This document shows, one piece after another, positions 1-9,364 of a stretch of 64,000 nt of DNA (positions within the stretch are counted from its first letter, which is position 1; every line of letters starts with the position of its first letter). Below the pieces are notes generated by a model that ran no database searches, had not been told where the DNA came from, and saw only the letters and a program-made list of their open reading frames with translations. This DNA comes from an uncultured Clostridium sp. Lineage in GTDB: Bacteria > Bacillota > Clostridia > TANB77 > CAG-508. Position numbers and translations under genes: made by a program. The DNA lies in NCBI GenBank assembly GCA_947571115.1, contig CANOWW010000003.1, positions 81,293 through 145,292 on the forward strand, read 5' to 3'.

Positions 1-8
1 TAGTTGTC

Positions 9-983
9 ATGGGCTTAAACTCCGTTACAGAATACATTATCGCTAACTTTATTTGTGCCATCGCATTCACAACCAAATCACTCGCTGAACCAAACTTGTT
101 ATATGATTCTATCGAAAACACAGAAAATAAACGCACCATATTTTCCAAAATTGACGGTCACGGCTCTTCTTTATACTACTACTTAAATGCCATAACAGCA
201 GCTATTTCAGGCTTTTTATTCGTGGTTAACCCCTATATTCCACTTGTGCTTAGCCTGCTTTTTACATTTATTGCTGTTATTTTATCTTACCAATTCACAG
301 AAATACAAAATTCAGAAGAACTCCATACAGCCACAAAAAAATCGTCTTTTATGCTGGAGCTAAGAAATTATATTGGTGATTTAAAACAGGCTTTCCGCTT
401 TATTTTAAAATCCAAAAGATTGCGTTCTTTAATTTTATTCAATGCCATATTCGTGAGTTTCATTGTGATGGTGGACACCCTTCGTCGTAGCGTATTAACC
501 GAATTAAACGTTCCCAATGAATATTTTGGAATTATTTTTGCATTATATGGAATACTTTCTGGATTTTTCTCAAATTCTGCAACTAAAATTCACAAAACTC
601 ATGGCAATCACACACTAAGTTTTCTTAGTATGACTTACTGTATATCTGTCATACTTACAGGACTTACTGCTATTTTAAGTGGCTTACCGCCTTTTTTACT
701 ATACTTTCTCGTACTTACTTTATTCGCAGTAAACTATGTTATTCCGGCACCTTACTATACACTCATCAAACAATACTTAGGCAGTTTTGCAACCAGTACT
801 CTGCGAACTCAAATCACATCAGCCAATCTTTTTTTAGAAAGTCTCACTCGTACTCTCGTTGCATTTTTAGTATCTTTCTTAACAGACAACATCTCTAGCG
901 CTTTATCTACGTTTATTTTAGGCATTTTATTCATCATCATCTTGCTAATCATTTTGTCTTATATGAAAAGCGTGTTGGATTAA
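9..983 (+). CDS. Polytopic membrane transporter (MFS-like), probably the C-terminal part of a gene that starts outside the window
   Basis: Open frame from the window edge. It has many hydrophobic helices (e.g. LYYYLNAITAAISGFLFVVNPYIPLVLSLLFTFIAVIL) and no convincing RBS at position 9. Confidence 0.45.
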   Translation: MGLNSVTEYIIANFICAIAFTTKSLAEPNLLYDSIENTENKRTIFSKIDGHGSSLYYYLNAITAAISGFLFVVNPYIPLVLSLLFTFIAVILSYQFTEIQNSEELHTATKKSSFMLELRNYIGDLKQAFRFILKSKRLRSLILFNAIFVSFIVMVDTLRRSVLTELNVPNEYFGIIFALYGILSGFFSNSATKIHKTHGNHTLSFLSMTYCISVILTGLTAILSGLPPFLLYFLVLTLFAVNYVIPAPYYTLIKQYLGSFATSTLRTQITSANLFLESLTRTLVAFLVSFLTDNISSALSTFILGILFIIILLIILSYMKSVLD

Positions 984-1162
984 AACCTGAAGAATACTCA
1001 AATTCTGACATCAAATTCAACGAATTATATTAAACAAAAACGCCCAAATACGAAGTCCTTCCTTCGCACTTAGGCGTTTTAATCTATATATAAAGGTATA
1101 TATAACTATATTATTCATAGAACTACAACTCCGTTCCTCTTCTTTGTCAACAATTACTTACG

Positions 1163-1843
1163 TTAAACAACTTCTTCCGTTGTTCCATTTATTTCATTTG
1201 CCTCTGTTTCCTCTTTGTTCACAATCTCTAAACTTGCAATCGAAACCTCATAAGCCACTCTTTCTTCCACAGTTCCATCTTCATGTTTTTTCTCATAAAT
1301 TCTGCTTTGCACTCTACCCGTCAAGCTCACTTCTGTTCCTACTTCCATATTTTCACAAAATCTTGCATTACGTCCCCACGCAATGCATGGAATGTAATCC
1401 GATTTGTTGTAAGCTCTATTTACTGCCAATAAAATATCAGCAATTTCTCTTCCAAACGGAGTTTGTCTGTAAATCGGTTTTTTACAAATATAACCAATTA
1501 ATTTTACCTCATTTGAAATTTCTTCCTTACTCTCTTCTGCATTTACTTCTCTAATTTCCTTAGCAAAAACAGTTAGTATTAATTTATTTTTCTCATTCTC
1601 ATAATTATTATAAGATCTAAATTGTCCCTCTACTTTAAGAGAAGTACCTAACCCTAAATTAATACTGGTAAGCAATCTTTCTGATACAGTAATTGGAATA
1701 ATATCTACTGTTGAGCTCAATCTTACTACTTCTAAATTAAATATGTAAAATTTTTCTCCATAGATTTCATGGCTGTATCTTTTTTCGCTTGCAACCTTTC
1801 CAACCAACACTAAGTGGTTGTTTTCTAAATAATTTGTATTCAA
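1163..1843 (-). CDS. OB-fold / SSB-like protein with two tandem repeats (uncertain family)
   Basis: 226-aa ORF with two similar halves (LVLVGKV...FYIFNLEV and KLIGYICKKP...ADILLAV). The acidic C-terminus resembles SSB-type OB folds. Assigned from memory only. Confidence 0.3.
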   Translation of the reverse strand: MNTNYLENNHLVLVGKVASEKRYSHEIYGEKFYIFNLEVVRLSSTVDIIPITVSERLLTSINLGLGTSLKVEGQFRSYNNYENEKNKLILTVFAKEIREVNAEESKEEISNEVKLIGYICKKPIYRQTPFGREIADILLAVNRAYNKSDYIPCIAWGRNARFCENMEVGTEVSLTGRVQSRIYEKKHEDGTVEERVAYEVSIASLEIVNKEETEANEINGTTEEVV

Positions 1844-2052
1844 CTTAAATTCCTCCTTAAATTCATCTAATGTATTTCATATCTGCTATTTTTCGATTTT
1901 AATTTTCATTCTTAACTATATTATAGCACACTTTTTTTGATTTGTCTACATAAAATTTGAATTTTTTCAAAAATTTTACAACTTTTTTAATTTTTTCATG
2001 TTTTATCCTACATTTTATCTTTGTTTAGCTGCATTTTAGTTATGTTAAATTT

Positions 2053-3423
2053 TTATTTTGCCATTTTTATGTTTTCCAAAACAAACTCTTTGAATTGATT
2101 TCCTCTCTCTTTAAAATCTTTAAAATAACCATAACTTGAAGCTGCTGGCGATAATACACAAATGGTATTTTTTTGTGTTACTTGTTTTGCAATTTTGACA
2201 GCTTCCTGTAAATTGTCTACTATAAATAAATGTTTATTTTCTATATTTTTCAAGGCATAATAAATAAACTCACCTGTTTTGGGTAAACAAATAATATTTT
2301 CTACTGCTGATTTTCTTAAAAATTCCTCCAATTCATTTTGACTGACTCCTCTATCTTTTCCTCCTACAATCAACGTATTAACTTTTTTTAACGCCTGTAT
2401 CGTATTTATCGTAGCTTCTGGAATGGTTGCAATAGAATCATTGTAATATTTTACTGCCCCCACTTCCCCAACAAACTCCATTCGATGCTCTAATGCTTCG
2501 AAATTTTGAATTGTCTCCACCGCTTTACTCAAATTCAAATTCATCCTATCGCATATGGCAAAAGCAAACATAATATTGTTGACATTATGCATCCCTTTTA
2601 ATTTTAAAGGTGTTGCCAAATTCATAATGCACTTATCATTACAATGTATGCAATTTTCCTTAATATATACAACATTTTTCTGGTTGGTAATTTCATTTAA
2701 TGTTACTGCATAATCTGTCGTTTTTACAGGATATTTTTGAATTCTCTCATTATCAGCATTATAGATAAAACAATCTCCTTCTTTTTGAAACTTCGTTACA
2801 TTAAATTTTGAATTTGCATATTCCTCAAAAGAAGCGTAAAAATCAAGATGTTCTGGATATAAATTTAGCAAAACAGCAATATTAGGAGAATTTTTTACAT
2901 ATTGCAAAGCATGCGAAGAAAGCTCTAAAACAACAACACTTTCCTTCTCTAATTCTTCGATTTTATCAAAAATTGGCTCTCCAATATTCCCCAATAAAAA
3001 AGTCTTTTTCCCTTGCTTTTTTAAAATTTGATATACCAAACTACTTGTCGTGCTTTTCCCCTTTGTTCCTGTAATACCAATCGTAAAAACATCCACAAAT
3101 TCCAATAGCAACTGTAATTGACTTGTAATCTTCTCTTGAAATGCTGAAATATCTACATTCTTAAAAGAAATTCCGGGTGTTTTGATAATCAAATCATACT
3201 GCTCTATTCCACTTAAATAATTTTCCCCCATACTAAGTTCCAAATTTATATCTTCCAAAAATTCTGCATACTTTTCTAAAAGATTTGTACTTTTATCACT
3301 CATAAATAGCTGCTTTTCCGGAAAATTTCTGCGCAAAAAATCATACGTTGATTTTCCTTCTATTCCAACTCCCAAAATTAATATCTTTTTATCTTTCAAA
3401 AAATTCAGCAATTCATCTAACAT
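2053..3423 (-). CDS. murD: Mur ligase of MurD type (UDP-MurNAc-L-Ala--glutamate ligase)
   Basis: 456 aa. Mur ligase P-loop GITGTKGKSTT and N-terminal Rossmann-like KILILGVGIEGKS. Its start overlaps the stop of the upstream ORF by 7 nt. Confidence 0.75.
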   Translation of the reverse strand: MLDELLNFLKDKKILILGVGIEGKSTYDFLRRNFPEKQLFMSDKSTNLLEKYAEFLEDINLELSMGENYLSGIEQYDLIIKTPGISFKNVDISAFQEKITSQLQLLLEFVDVFTIGITGTKGKSTTSSLVYQILKKQGKKTFLLGNIGEPIFDKIEELEKESVVVLELSSHALQYVKNSPNIAVLLNLYPEHLDFYASFEEYANSKFNVTKFQKEGDCFIYNADNERIQKYPVKTTDYAVTLNEITNQKNVVYIKENCIHCNDKCIMNLATPLKLKGMHNVNNIMFAFAICDRMNLNLSKAVETIQNFEALEHRMEFVGEVGAVKYYNDSIATIPEATINTIQALKKVNTLIVGGKDRGVSQNELEEFLRKSAVENIICLPKTGEFIYYALKNIENKHLFIVDNLQEAVKIAKQVTQKNTICVLSPAASSYGYFKDFKERGNQFKEFVLENIKMAK

Positions 3424-4766
3424 TCAAAAATTTTTCCTTTCAAAATTTTATCAAATTCGTTCGGTAAATTATGATTTTCACTATAATAATGCAATAAATC
3501 ATGATCAACTAGTTCAAAATTATCTTTATAATATTGTAACAAAAATGGCAATTTTTCATTCCTTTTTTGAATTGTTTTTGAAACAGCTACACACACTTCC
3601 TCGTATGTTCCAACACACTCAAAAGGCTTGTTCTCACTATATCCACAAAGTTCAATAAATGTTTTTAACAAATTTTCCTTTTCAAACAAATCTTCCCCAA
3701 AAATATTAATCAATTTTTCTTTCTCTAAAAAAGGACTTAAAATAATATACGGAAATAAGCATTTGGCGCAATTACAACACCATTTCCACGGTTTTTCTTT
3801 ACTGCCTATATTACAACTTTTAAAAGCTTGATGATATTGCTCTTGCTTAGAAAATAATTTTGCAATTTGAAATTCATTAATAGGACGCAAAAAACTAAAA
3901 TATTCTGGTCCATTTTTACAAATATAACTTTTTACATAGTCTCGAAAATCATTCTCAAACTCAAGCGTTTTAGAATATTGATGATTGATATTTTCCCCTT
4001 TAATATTGGATTCATTGGCACTATCTTCATTTGATAGAACAATATATTTCTTGCCAAAAATCGTTGCTACAAAATACGTAAGCCAAGCAACCATAGCCGA
4101 AAATGGCGTATGTCCATTCAAAAAACCTTGCTGATTTAATTCGATTAATTTGTCATCCATTTTTCGTTTGACTTCTATGATTTCATTTTCTTGCAAACCT
4201 GCAATTTCAGCACATTTTTGAGAAACATTTTCTAAATTAATACGAAAACCAAATCGCTTATACAAAGACTTTTTCAACAGTTCCAATGTAACATTTGAAT
4301 CTTTTCCACCACCAATCGGCACAATACAATCACTCAATGAATAGCTTAATTCTTCATTTTGTAACACTTCCCCTTCTGTTATAATTTGTACAAAATCTTC
4401 TTGTTTTTCTTGAATTTGATTTATATAACGAAATTCGCCAAGTCCTAAATAAATCAATTTTTGATACCAAGCAATTTGTCTTTCATTTAATTTGCCACAT
4501 TTTACTACAAAATATTTACTGCAAGTTAATTTATAATAACTAATCGCCTCTACCATTCCTAAATTAAAGGCAATATTTTTCGCAACATTACTATATAAAT
4601 CATATATTTCAAATTTCTTTTTGGCTATTACCAAGACCGGATTAAACTTGGCTAAATTTTCGATTTCAAATTCATATTTCAGATAAATATTTTCAGCATC
4701 TTCTGTAATTTGATAATTTTTATAAATAAAATAACGATATTTCTCTTTTAAAACCTTATATTCCAT
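3417..4766 (-). CDS. PP-loop (GGGKDS) ATP-pyrophosphatase-like protein translationally coupled to murD; candidate MurL-like partner
   Basis: 449 aa with motif PIGGGKDSNVTLELL and Cys-rich segments (CNIGSKEKPWKWCCNCAKC). It overlaps the murD start. Confidence 0.35.
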   Translation of the reverse strand: MEYKVLKEKYRYFIYKNYQITEDAENIYLKYEFEIENLAKFNPVLVIAKKKFEIYDLYSNVAKNIAFNLGMVEAISYYKLTCSKYFVVKCGKLNERQIAWYQKLIYLGLGEFRYINQIQEKQEDFVQIITEGEVLQNEELSYSLSDCIVPIGGGKDSNVTLELLKKSLYKRFGFRINLENVSQKCAEIAGLQENEIIEVKRKMDDKLIELNQQGFLNGHTPFSAMVAWLTYFVATIFGKKYIVLSNEDSANESNIKGENINHQYSKTLEFENDFRDYVKSYICKNGPEYFSFLRPINEFQIAKLFSKQEQYHQAFKSCNIGSKEKPWKWCCNCAKCLFPYIILSPFLEKEKLINIFGEDLFEKENLLKTFIELCGYSENKPFECVGTYEEVCVAVSKTIQKRNEKLPFLLQYYKDNFELVDHDLLHYYSENHNLPNEFDKILKGKIFEC

Positions 4767-4807
4767 CCATCTATTTCCCCCTTGAATAGGATTTATGATG
4801 TTTATTT

Positions 4808-4836
4808 ATAATATCAAACATTCGTTCCTTTGTCAA
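4808..4836 (-). promoter_or_regulatory. Sigma-A type promoter for the PP-loop gene/murD operon
   Basis: Minus strand reads TTGACA, a 17-nt spacer, then TATTAT. It sits about 40 nt upstream of the RBS AAGGGGG and the ATG at 4766. Confidence 0.55.
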
Positions 4837-4854
4837 TATTTATTTTAATTTTTT

Positions 4855-4890
4855 ATAAAAAATTTTAGAGCAGACTTGTTTCAAGTCTAC
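4855..4890 (-). terminator. Candidate terminator after the spoIIID 3' segment
   Basis: 7-bp stem (agacttg / caagtct, 4872-4888) just after the stop at 4902-4904. On the minus strand a T-run follows a few nt later. Confidence 0.4.
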
Positions 4891-4901
4891 CCCCCTTCTG
4901 C

Positions 4902-5054
4902 TTATGAAGCATGATCTTTATGGCTATACTTTAATTTGGTTGCCATACCACCTCTAATATGCCTTTCTGCTTTATTTTCATCCAAAACTTTTCTGACTTC
5001 CATCGCCAATGTATAATTAATATCTAGCAAACGTTGACTTACATCTTTATGTAC
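4902..5054 (-). pseudogene. spoIIID: spoIIID 3' segment (split gene, not a decayed gene)
   Basis: The minus frame encodes VHKDVSQRLLDINYTLAMEVRKVLDENKAERHIRGGMATKLKYSHKDHAS*. This matches the conserved C-terminal two thirds of SpoIIID (STVHKD...NKAERHIRGG). There is no start codon or RBS, and the frame abuts the recombinase gene end. Confidence 0.85.
5039..5054. other. attL-type junction core
   Basis: TTACATCTTTATGTAC here versus TTACATCCATATGTAC at 23143-23158. Both are imperfect inverted half-sites around a central dinucleotide, as expected for serine recombinase sites. Confidence 0.65.
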
Positions 5055-6597
5055 CGACGTTACTATTCAGAACGGTCGGTGGATTGATTCCAATTTCGTT
5101 TAATAATTTCAGTCTTACTTCAATATTGGCTTCGCTGTCGACTTCAATCACATCAATAATTGTTTTTAGCATGGCATTTGTGATTGTTTCATTATTCAAG
5201 ATATCGTCTACTGTGCTAATCGTTCTCGACAACTCTTTTTCCAAAACATCTTTTTCTTTGATTTCAGAGGTGATTAACTTCAATTCTCTTTCCAACCTTG
5301 AGATATCTTCATTCAATGGATTGGTATATTTCTTTAATTCCTGAATATTAATCACTTCATTTTGAAACATCTCCATATACTTTTGTTTCTTTACCGTTAT
5401 TTTTTCGATTTCTTGAAGTAGACTTTTCTCACTTCTCTCATTATTTTCCCTTAATTTGGTGATTTTATCAAACTCTTTTTGCACAGATTTCATAAATTCC
5501 TTCTTATTCGAAATAATGCTTTTCAAATATTCTTTGATAGCATTTAGCAATTCTTCTTCATCAATCACGGTCGTATTTGGACACGAACTAACACCCATCG
5601 AATTTCTGCCGCTGCAAACCCAGCGAATATATTCTTTGCCATTTTCTGTGTATTTTCTTTTGGTTCGTCGATACGAATATCCGCAATGTTTGCAATAAAT
5701 GAGTGTGCTAAAAACATAACTTGTCTTTTCTCGTTTGCAATTTAACTTGAATTCTGTTGACCTTTGTGCCAAAATTTCTTGGGCTTTGTTGAATAATTCG
5801 TCAGAAATAATTCGCATTTCTGGCTTTTCTACAACAATCCATTCTTCTTCTGGCAAATCTTTTCTGGTTCCTGTAATGAAATCCGTTACTTCCGATTTTT
5901 TGTTGGTTACTCTGCCAGTATAAATTGGATTTTTCAACATTCTTACAATCGAAGTTTGTACCCATCTTGATTTTGTTTTTTTAGTTCGTATGCCTCGTTC
6001 GTTTAATTCCCAAGCAATTTTTGTGGTTCCCATTCCTTTATAAACATAGTTTTCAAAGATTTCTTTGACAATTTTGGCTTCTTCTTCATTGATTTTTAGT
6101 GTATATCTCTCATCTGGCATTTTGTCATAACCAAAAACAATGTTGGGAACTCGTCCTTTTTGAGCCGTAATGTCTTTTCCAAATTTCACCCTTTTGGACA
6201 TATTGGCACTTTCTTGTTGAGCCATCGCCCCTAAAATCGTCAAAATAAATTCAGAGCCACCTTCCATAATTTCGCCATTATTTAGAAAATCCACTTCGAT
6301 ACCATAAGACTTCAATTCTCGAATGCTTTGCAATAAATCAACTGTATTTCTGGCAAAACGACTGACATCTTTGACAACTACTTTTTCAAAATTTTTTGCT
6401 TTGGCATCTTGCATCATTTGCTGGAATTGTTTTCTGTGTTTGATTTGTTTGCCAGATATTCCTTCGTCTGCATATAATTTGTATAAGTCATATCCATTTT
6501 TCTTTGTAAATTCATTGAAGAATTCGATTTGTTTTTCAAGTGAGTCGATTTGTGCTTCTTTTTCGGTTGATACTCTACAATAGGCTGCAATTTTCAT
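5047..6597 (-). CDS. Large serine recombinase
   Basis: 516 aa. N-terminal resolvase catalytic motif (MKIAAYCRVSTEKEAQ, VVVKDVSRFARN), a recombinase domain, a Zn-ribbon (CKHCGYSY...CSGRNSMGVSSC) and a coiled-coil tail. Its stop codon lies inside the att core. Confidence 0.9.
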   Translation of the reverse strand: MKIAAYCRVSTEKEAQIDSLEKQIEFFNEFTKKNGYDLYKLYADEGISGKQIKHRKQFQQMMQDAKAKNFEKVVVKDVSRFARNTVDLLQSIRELKSYGIEVDFLNNGEIMEGGSEFILTILGAMAQQESANMSKRVKFGKDITAQKGRVPNIVFGYDKMPDERYTLKINEEEAKIVKEIFENYVYKGMGTTKIAWELNERGIRTKKTKSRWVQTSIVRMLKNPIYTGRVTNKKSEVTDFITGTRKDLPEEEWIVVEKPEMRIISDELFNKAQEILAQRSTEFKLNCKREKTSYVFSTLIYCKHCGYSYRRTKRKYTENGKEYIRWVCSGRNSMGVSSCPNTTVIDEEELLNAIKEYLKSIISNKKEFMKSVQKEFDKITKLRENNERSEKSLLQEIEKITVKKQKYMEMFQNEVINIQELKKYTNPLNEDISRLERELKLITSEIKEKDVLEKELSRTISTVDDILNNETITNAMLKTIIDVIEVDSEANIEVRLKLLNEIGINPPTVLNSNVGT

Positions 6598-6641
6598 AGT
6601 TTATTTTCTCCTTTTCTGTTATTTCTATTTCGTTCCGTTAC

Positions 6642-6670
6642 ATTGTAGCATATCTATTTCAGAAATGCAA
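6642..6670 (-). promoter_or_regulatory. Candidate promoter of the recombinase gene
   Basis: Minus strand reads TTGCAT, a 17-nt spacer, then TACAAT (with TGC just upstream). It sits about 45 nt before the RBS AAGGAG and the ATG at 6597. Confidence 0.45.
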
Positions 6671-6791
6671 GAAAAAAGATATTAAAATTATCTTAATAAT
6701 TCATTATTGTGGAAAATCCAATAGCAAAAGCACTCCAATACTTATGGAATGCTCTCATATTTTAGATATAAAATATCACTCAACTTATTTA

Positions 6792-7256
6792 TTATTTTTT
6801 CAAAAAAACATTAAGTATGCTTTTTATCTTATTCAAAATTCTATTAAATATATTTTCTTCTTTGTACTCAATAATTTGAACATTTTCAGTTTGTTGCTCT
6901 TTTTGAACTTGTTCTTCAACCTTATTACTTTTAAACAAATTCTCATAGCTATATTTCTCTTGATATTTCTGTTCGTTTTGATTTAATATCTCATCATATT
7001 CCTTCTTTTCATCTAACGTACAAAAATAATTTCTATAAACAATCGCCATTAAATTTATTGTATCTTCTCTTATATTCTGGTTTTCTAATGGAATATTCAT
7101 ATCAATCGTTACTTGATATTCTTCATCTTTATTTTCTTCTATGTAATTCCAAAAGCTTTGTGGAATTTTCTTTTGTAAATTTTCATCGGTATTTTTTAAT
7201 ATAAAATCAATTTCACTTAAAGCCCTGGCAAATTCCTTTTCTGTTATCTTTTGCAT
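6792..7256 (-). CDS. Hypothetical acidic protein
   Basis: 154-aa ORF immediately downstream of the HD-domain gene on the same strand. No motif recognised. Confidence 0.45.
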   Translation of the reverse strand: MQKITEKEFARALSEIDFILKNTDENLQKKIPQSFWNYIEENKDEEYQVTIDMNIPLENQNIREDTINLMAIVYRNYFCTLDEKKEYDEILNQNEQKYQEKYSYENLFKSNKVEEQVQKEQQTENVQIIEYKEENIFNRILNKIKSILNVFLKK

Positions 7257-7279
7257 ATATTATTAACCCTTTTCTATTA

Positions 7280-9334
7280 TTAATCTCTTTCAAAAACTTC
7301 TACTGTATCAATTCCATTAACTCGTGCCATTTGTCTATCCTTACTATTTTTTATTTTGGTTGCCATATCTTGCAAACTAGCAATTGTTCTGTCTCCAATA
7401 ATTTTCTTCCAACTATCTAATCCAAAGACTGCAACTCTTTGTGATTCTTCCATCTGTTTGACATTTGGCCTAGTATAATCTGGAATACTTTTGGTTGCTG
7501 TTCTCATTTGAATTTTGTCATCTGCTGTTTGTTCTTCTATTAATTGTTTCTTCTGCTGTTCTTGTTGGTCTGTATTTAAACTATTAAATGTTTGCTCAAA
7601 TTCAGAACTTCGATCTAAAACCTCAAACGATTCACTATACGCAATTGCTTCTTCTGGATAATTTCCAACTTCCTTTGCTTTTGCTCTTGCCTTCATCACC
7701 TTAGAAAAGTCTCTGTTTTTTATAGCTTCTAAAAAATCTCTTGTTTCTCTTTGCTGGTCTACATCATCATTTACTAACTTTTGTAAGCGATAGGCTGCAT
7801 AAGCCTTTGCTTTTAGCCCTTCTTTTTGTTGTTCTGTATATTCAACACCTTCTTGTTCTAGTGGCATACATTCTTTAAATATTTGATATGTCTTTTCAAA
7901 TTTTTCCTTTTCCTTGTTATCCGATGATAAATATTCTTTTTCATATTTATCAAAAATAGCTTCTAAGACTTTCTTGTTTTCAATTTCATCATTTCCAAGA
8001 ACTCTTGTAGATTTATAAAGAAGTTGATTATAGATAAGTTCATCTTGTATTTCATATAAAACCGCAAGTGTAGGACAACTTTTCCTTAGACTATTTGTTT
8101 CTTGATTTAGGCTATCTTGATAATGAGCAAAGCTTTTTCCAATAACACTATTTTCTAAATAATCTTTAAAAGCCTCATCAAATTTTTCTTGCTCTCCTAG
8201 ATAGATTGTAGAAAACTTATTTTTTTCATATTCCATCAATGCCCAAGGAATTTCTTCTATTGTTTCAAACTCTTTATTCTTCTTTCCTCTTAATCTACAT
8301 TCTGCTTCTCTTAAAAGTTTTAAATTATCAGGTATAGAAACAAGTGGTGATTCAATTTCCCCATTTTCTTTTACATTATTTACAGCAACTTCTTTTAATA
8401 CTTGTGCTTGTATTCTTGATAGTTTGTTTGGATCTCCTGAGACTAAATCATCAATTACCTTTTCATAATTAAAACTAGGATTATTTTTTGCATAATAGGA
8501 AGCTAATGTTTGACTAGAAGATACAATCTTTTCTGTTGGCAAATCTTCTGATTTCTCGATTCCATTTGTATTTTCTACACCGATTGTTGTTGTTACTCCA
8601 TCTTTCAATAATTTTAGCATAATGTCTTTTGATAAGATTTTTCCTTCAATTCCGTCTGCTCTATCAACTTGGGCTAAACCTTGTATGTCAGATGGCATAA
8701 AAGAAAGAGTATCTGCTAATCTACCACAAATTAATGGTAAATCTTCTCTGGCGCGTTCTGATGATTGGTAAGATAAGTATTTCCCGTGATTTTGTACTCC
8801 TTCAATTATATAATCTTTAAGTCCAGAGTTTATAAATTTGTCTTTAACTTCTTGTGGTCGTCTTTGTAATGCTTTACTATTACAGAATTTTTCAAATAAT
8901 TCTGCAAATACAACTCCACCATATTGATCATGTCCAAATCTGTAACCATTACCAATTTTTTCTCCACACACAACTTCACTTGCGTGTGCCATTGGAAGAT
9001 GTCCTAAATCATGAGATAATCCAACTATTTCAGAAATTAAGATTTCTTTTTGTTCTTCTTTGCCTAATAATTTTACATTTTTTTCTGTCAGTTCCTTACC
9101 ATTTTTTCTTTCTAATAGATAAGTAGCAAGTTTTCTTGCATTTGTAGCAACTTGTATCGTATGTAACCCTCTATTTGTTGTATTATCATTATCATCTCTT
9201 AAAACTTCATCTCTCATTTGGGTACATCTAAATAATTTTTGATATTCTCTTGAATCTAAAATAAAGTTTTTTAAATCCCTTAGCTGTCTACTACCTATCG
9301 ATTTTAATATTTCTTCTAGTTTTTCTTTTGACAT
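7280..9334 (-). CDS. HD-domain dNTP triphosphohydrolase-like protein (dGTPase family) with a long C-terminal extension
   Basis: 684 aa. Motifs NRGLHTIQVATNARKLA and SHDLGHLPMAHASE correspond to the dGTPase R..H..V and HD.GH.PFGH signatures. Confidence 0.55.
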   Translation of the reverse strand: MSKEKLEEILKSIGSRQLRDLKNFILDSREYQKLFRCTQMRDEVLRDDNDNTTNRGLHTIQVATNARKLATYLLERKNGKELTEKNVKLLGKEEQKEILISEIVGLSHDLGHLPMAHASEVVCGEKIGNGYRFGHDQYGGVVFAELFEKFCNSKALQRRPQEVKDKFINSGLKDYIIEGVQNHGKYLSYQSSERAREDLPLICGRLADTLSFMPSDIQGLAQVDRADGIEGKILSKDIMLKLLKDGVTTTIGVENTNGIEKSEDLPTEKIVSSSQTLASYYAKNNPSFNYEKVIDDLVSGDPNKLSRIQAQVLKEVAVNNVKENGEIESPLVSIPDNLKLLREAECRLRGKKNKEFETIEEIPWALMEYEKNKFSTIYLGEQEKFDEAFKDYLENSVIGKSFAHYQDSLNQETNSLRKSCPTLAVLYEIQDELIYNQLLYKSTRVLGNDEIENKKVLEAIFDKYEKEYLSSDNKEKEKFEKTYQIFKECMPLEQEGVEYTEQQKEGLKAKAYAAYRLQKLVNDDVDQQRETRDFLEAIKNRDFSKVMKARAKAKEVGNYPEEAIAYSESFEVLDRSSEFEQTFNSLNTDQQEQQKKQLIEEQTADDKIQMRTATKSIPDYTRPNVKQMEESQRVAVFGLDSWKKIIGDRTIASLQDMATKIKNSKDRQMARVNGIDTVEVFERD

Positions 9335-9364
9335 TTCAAATTAATCCTTCATCTTTTGAATTTT

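Noticed and set aside
1144-1554. 136-aa plus-strand ORF
   Set aside because: It lies entirely antisense to the better-supported minus-strand OB-fold ORF, and its sequence is repetitive and Leu/Phe/His-rich.
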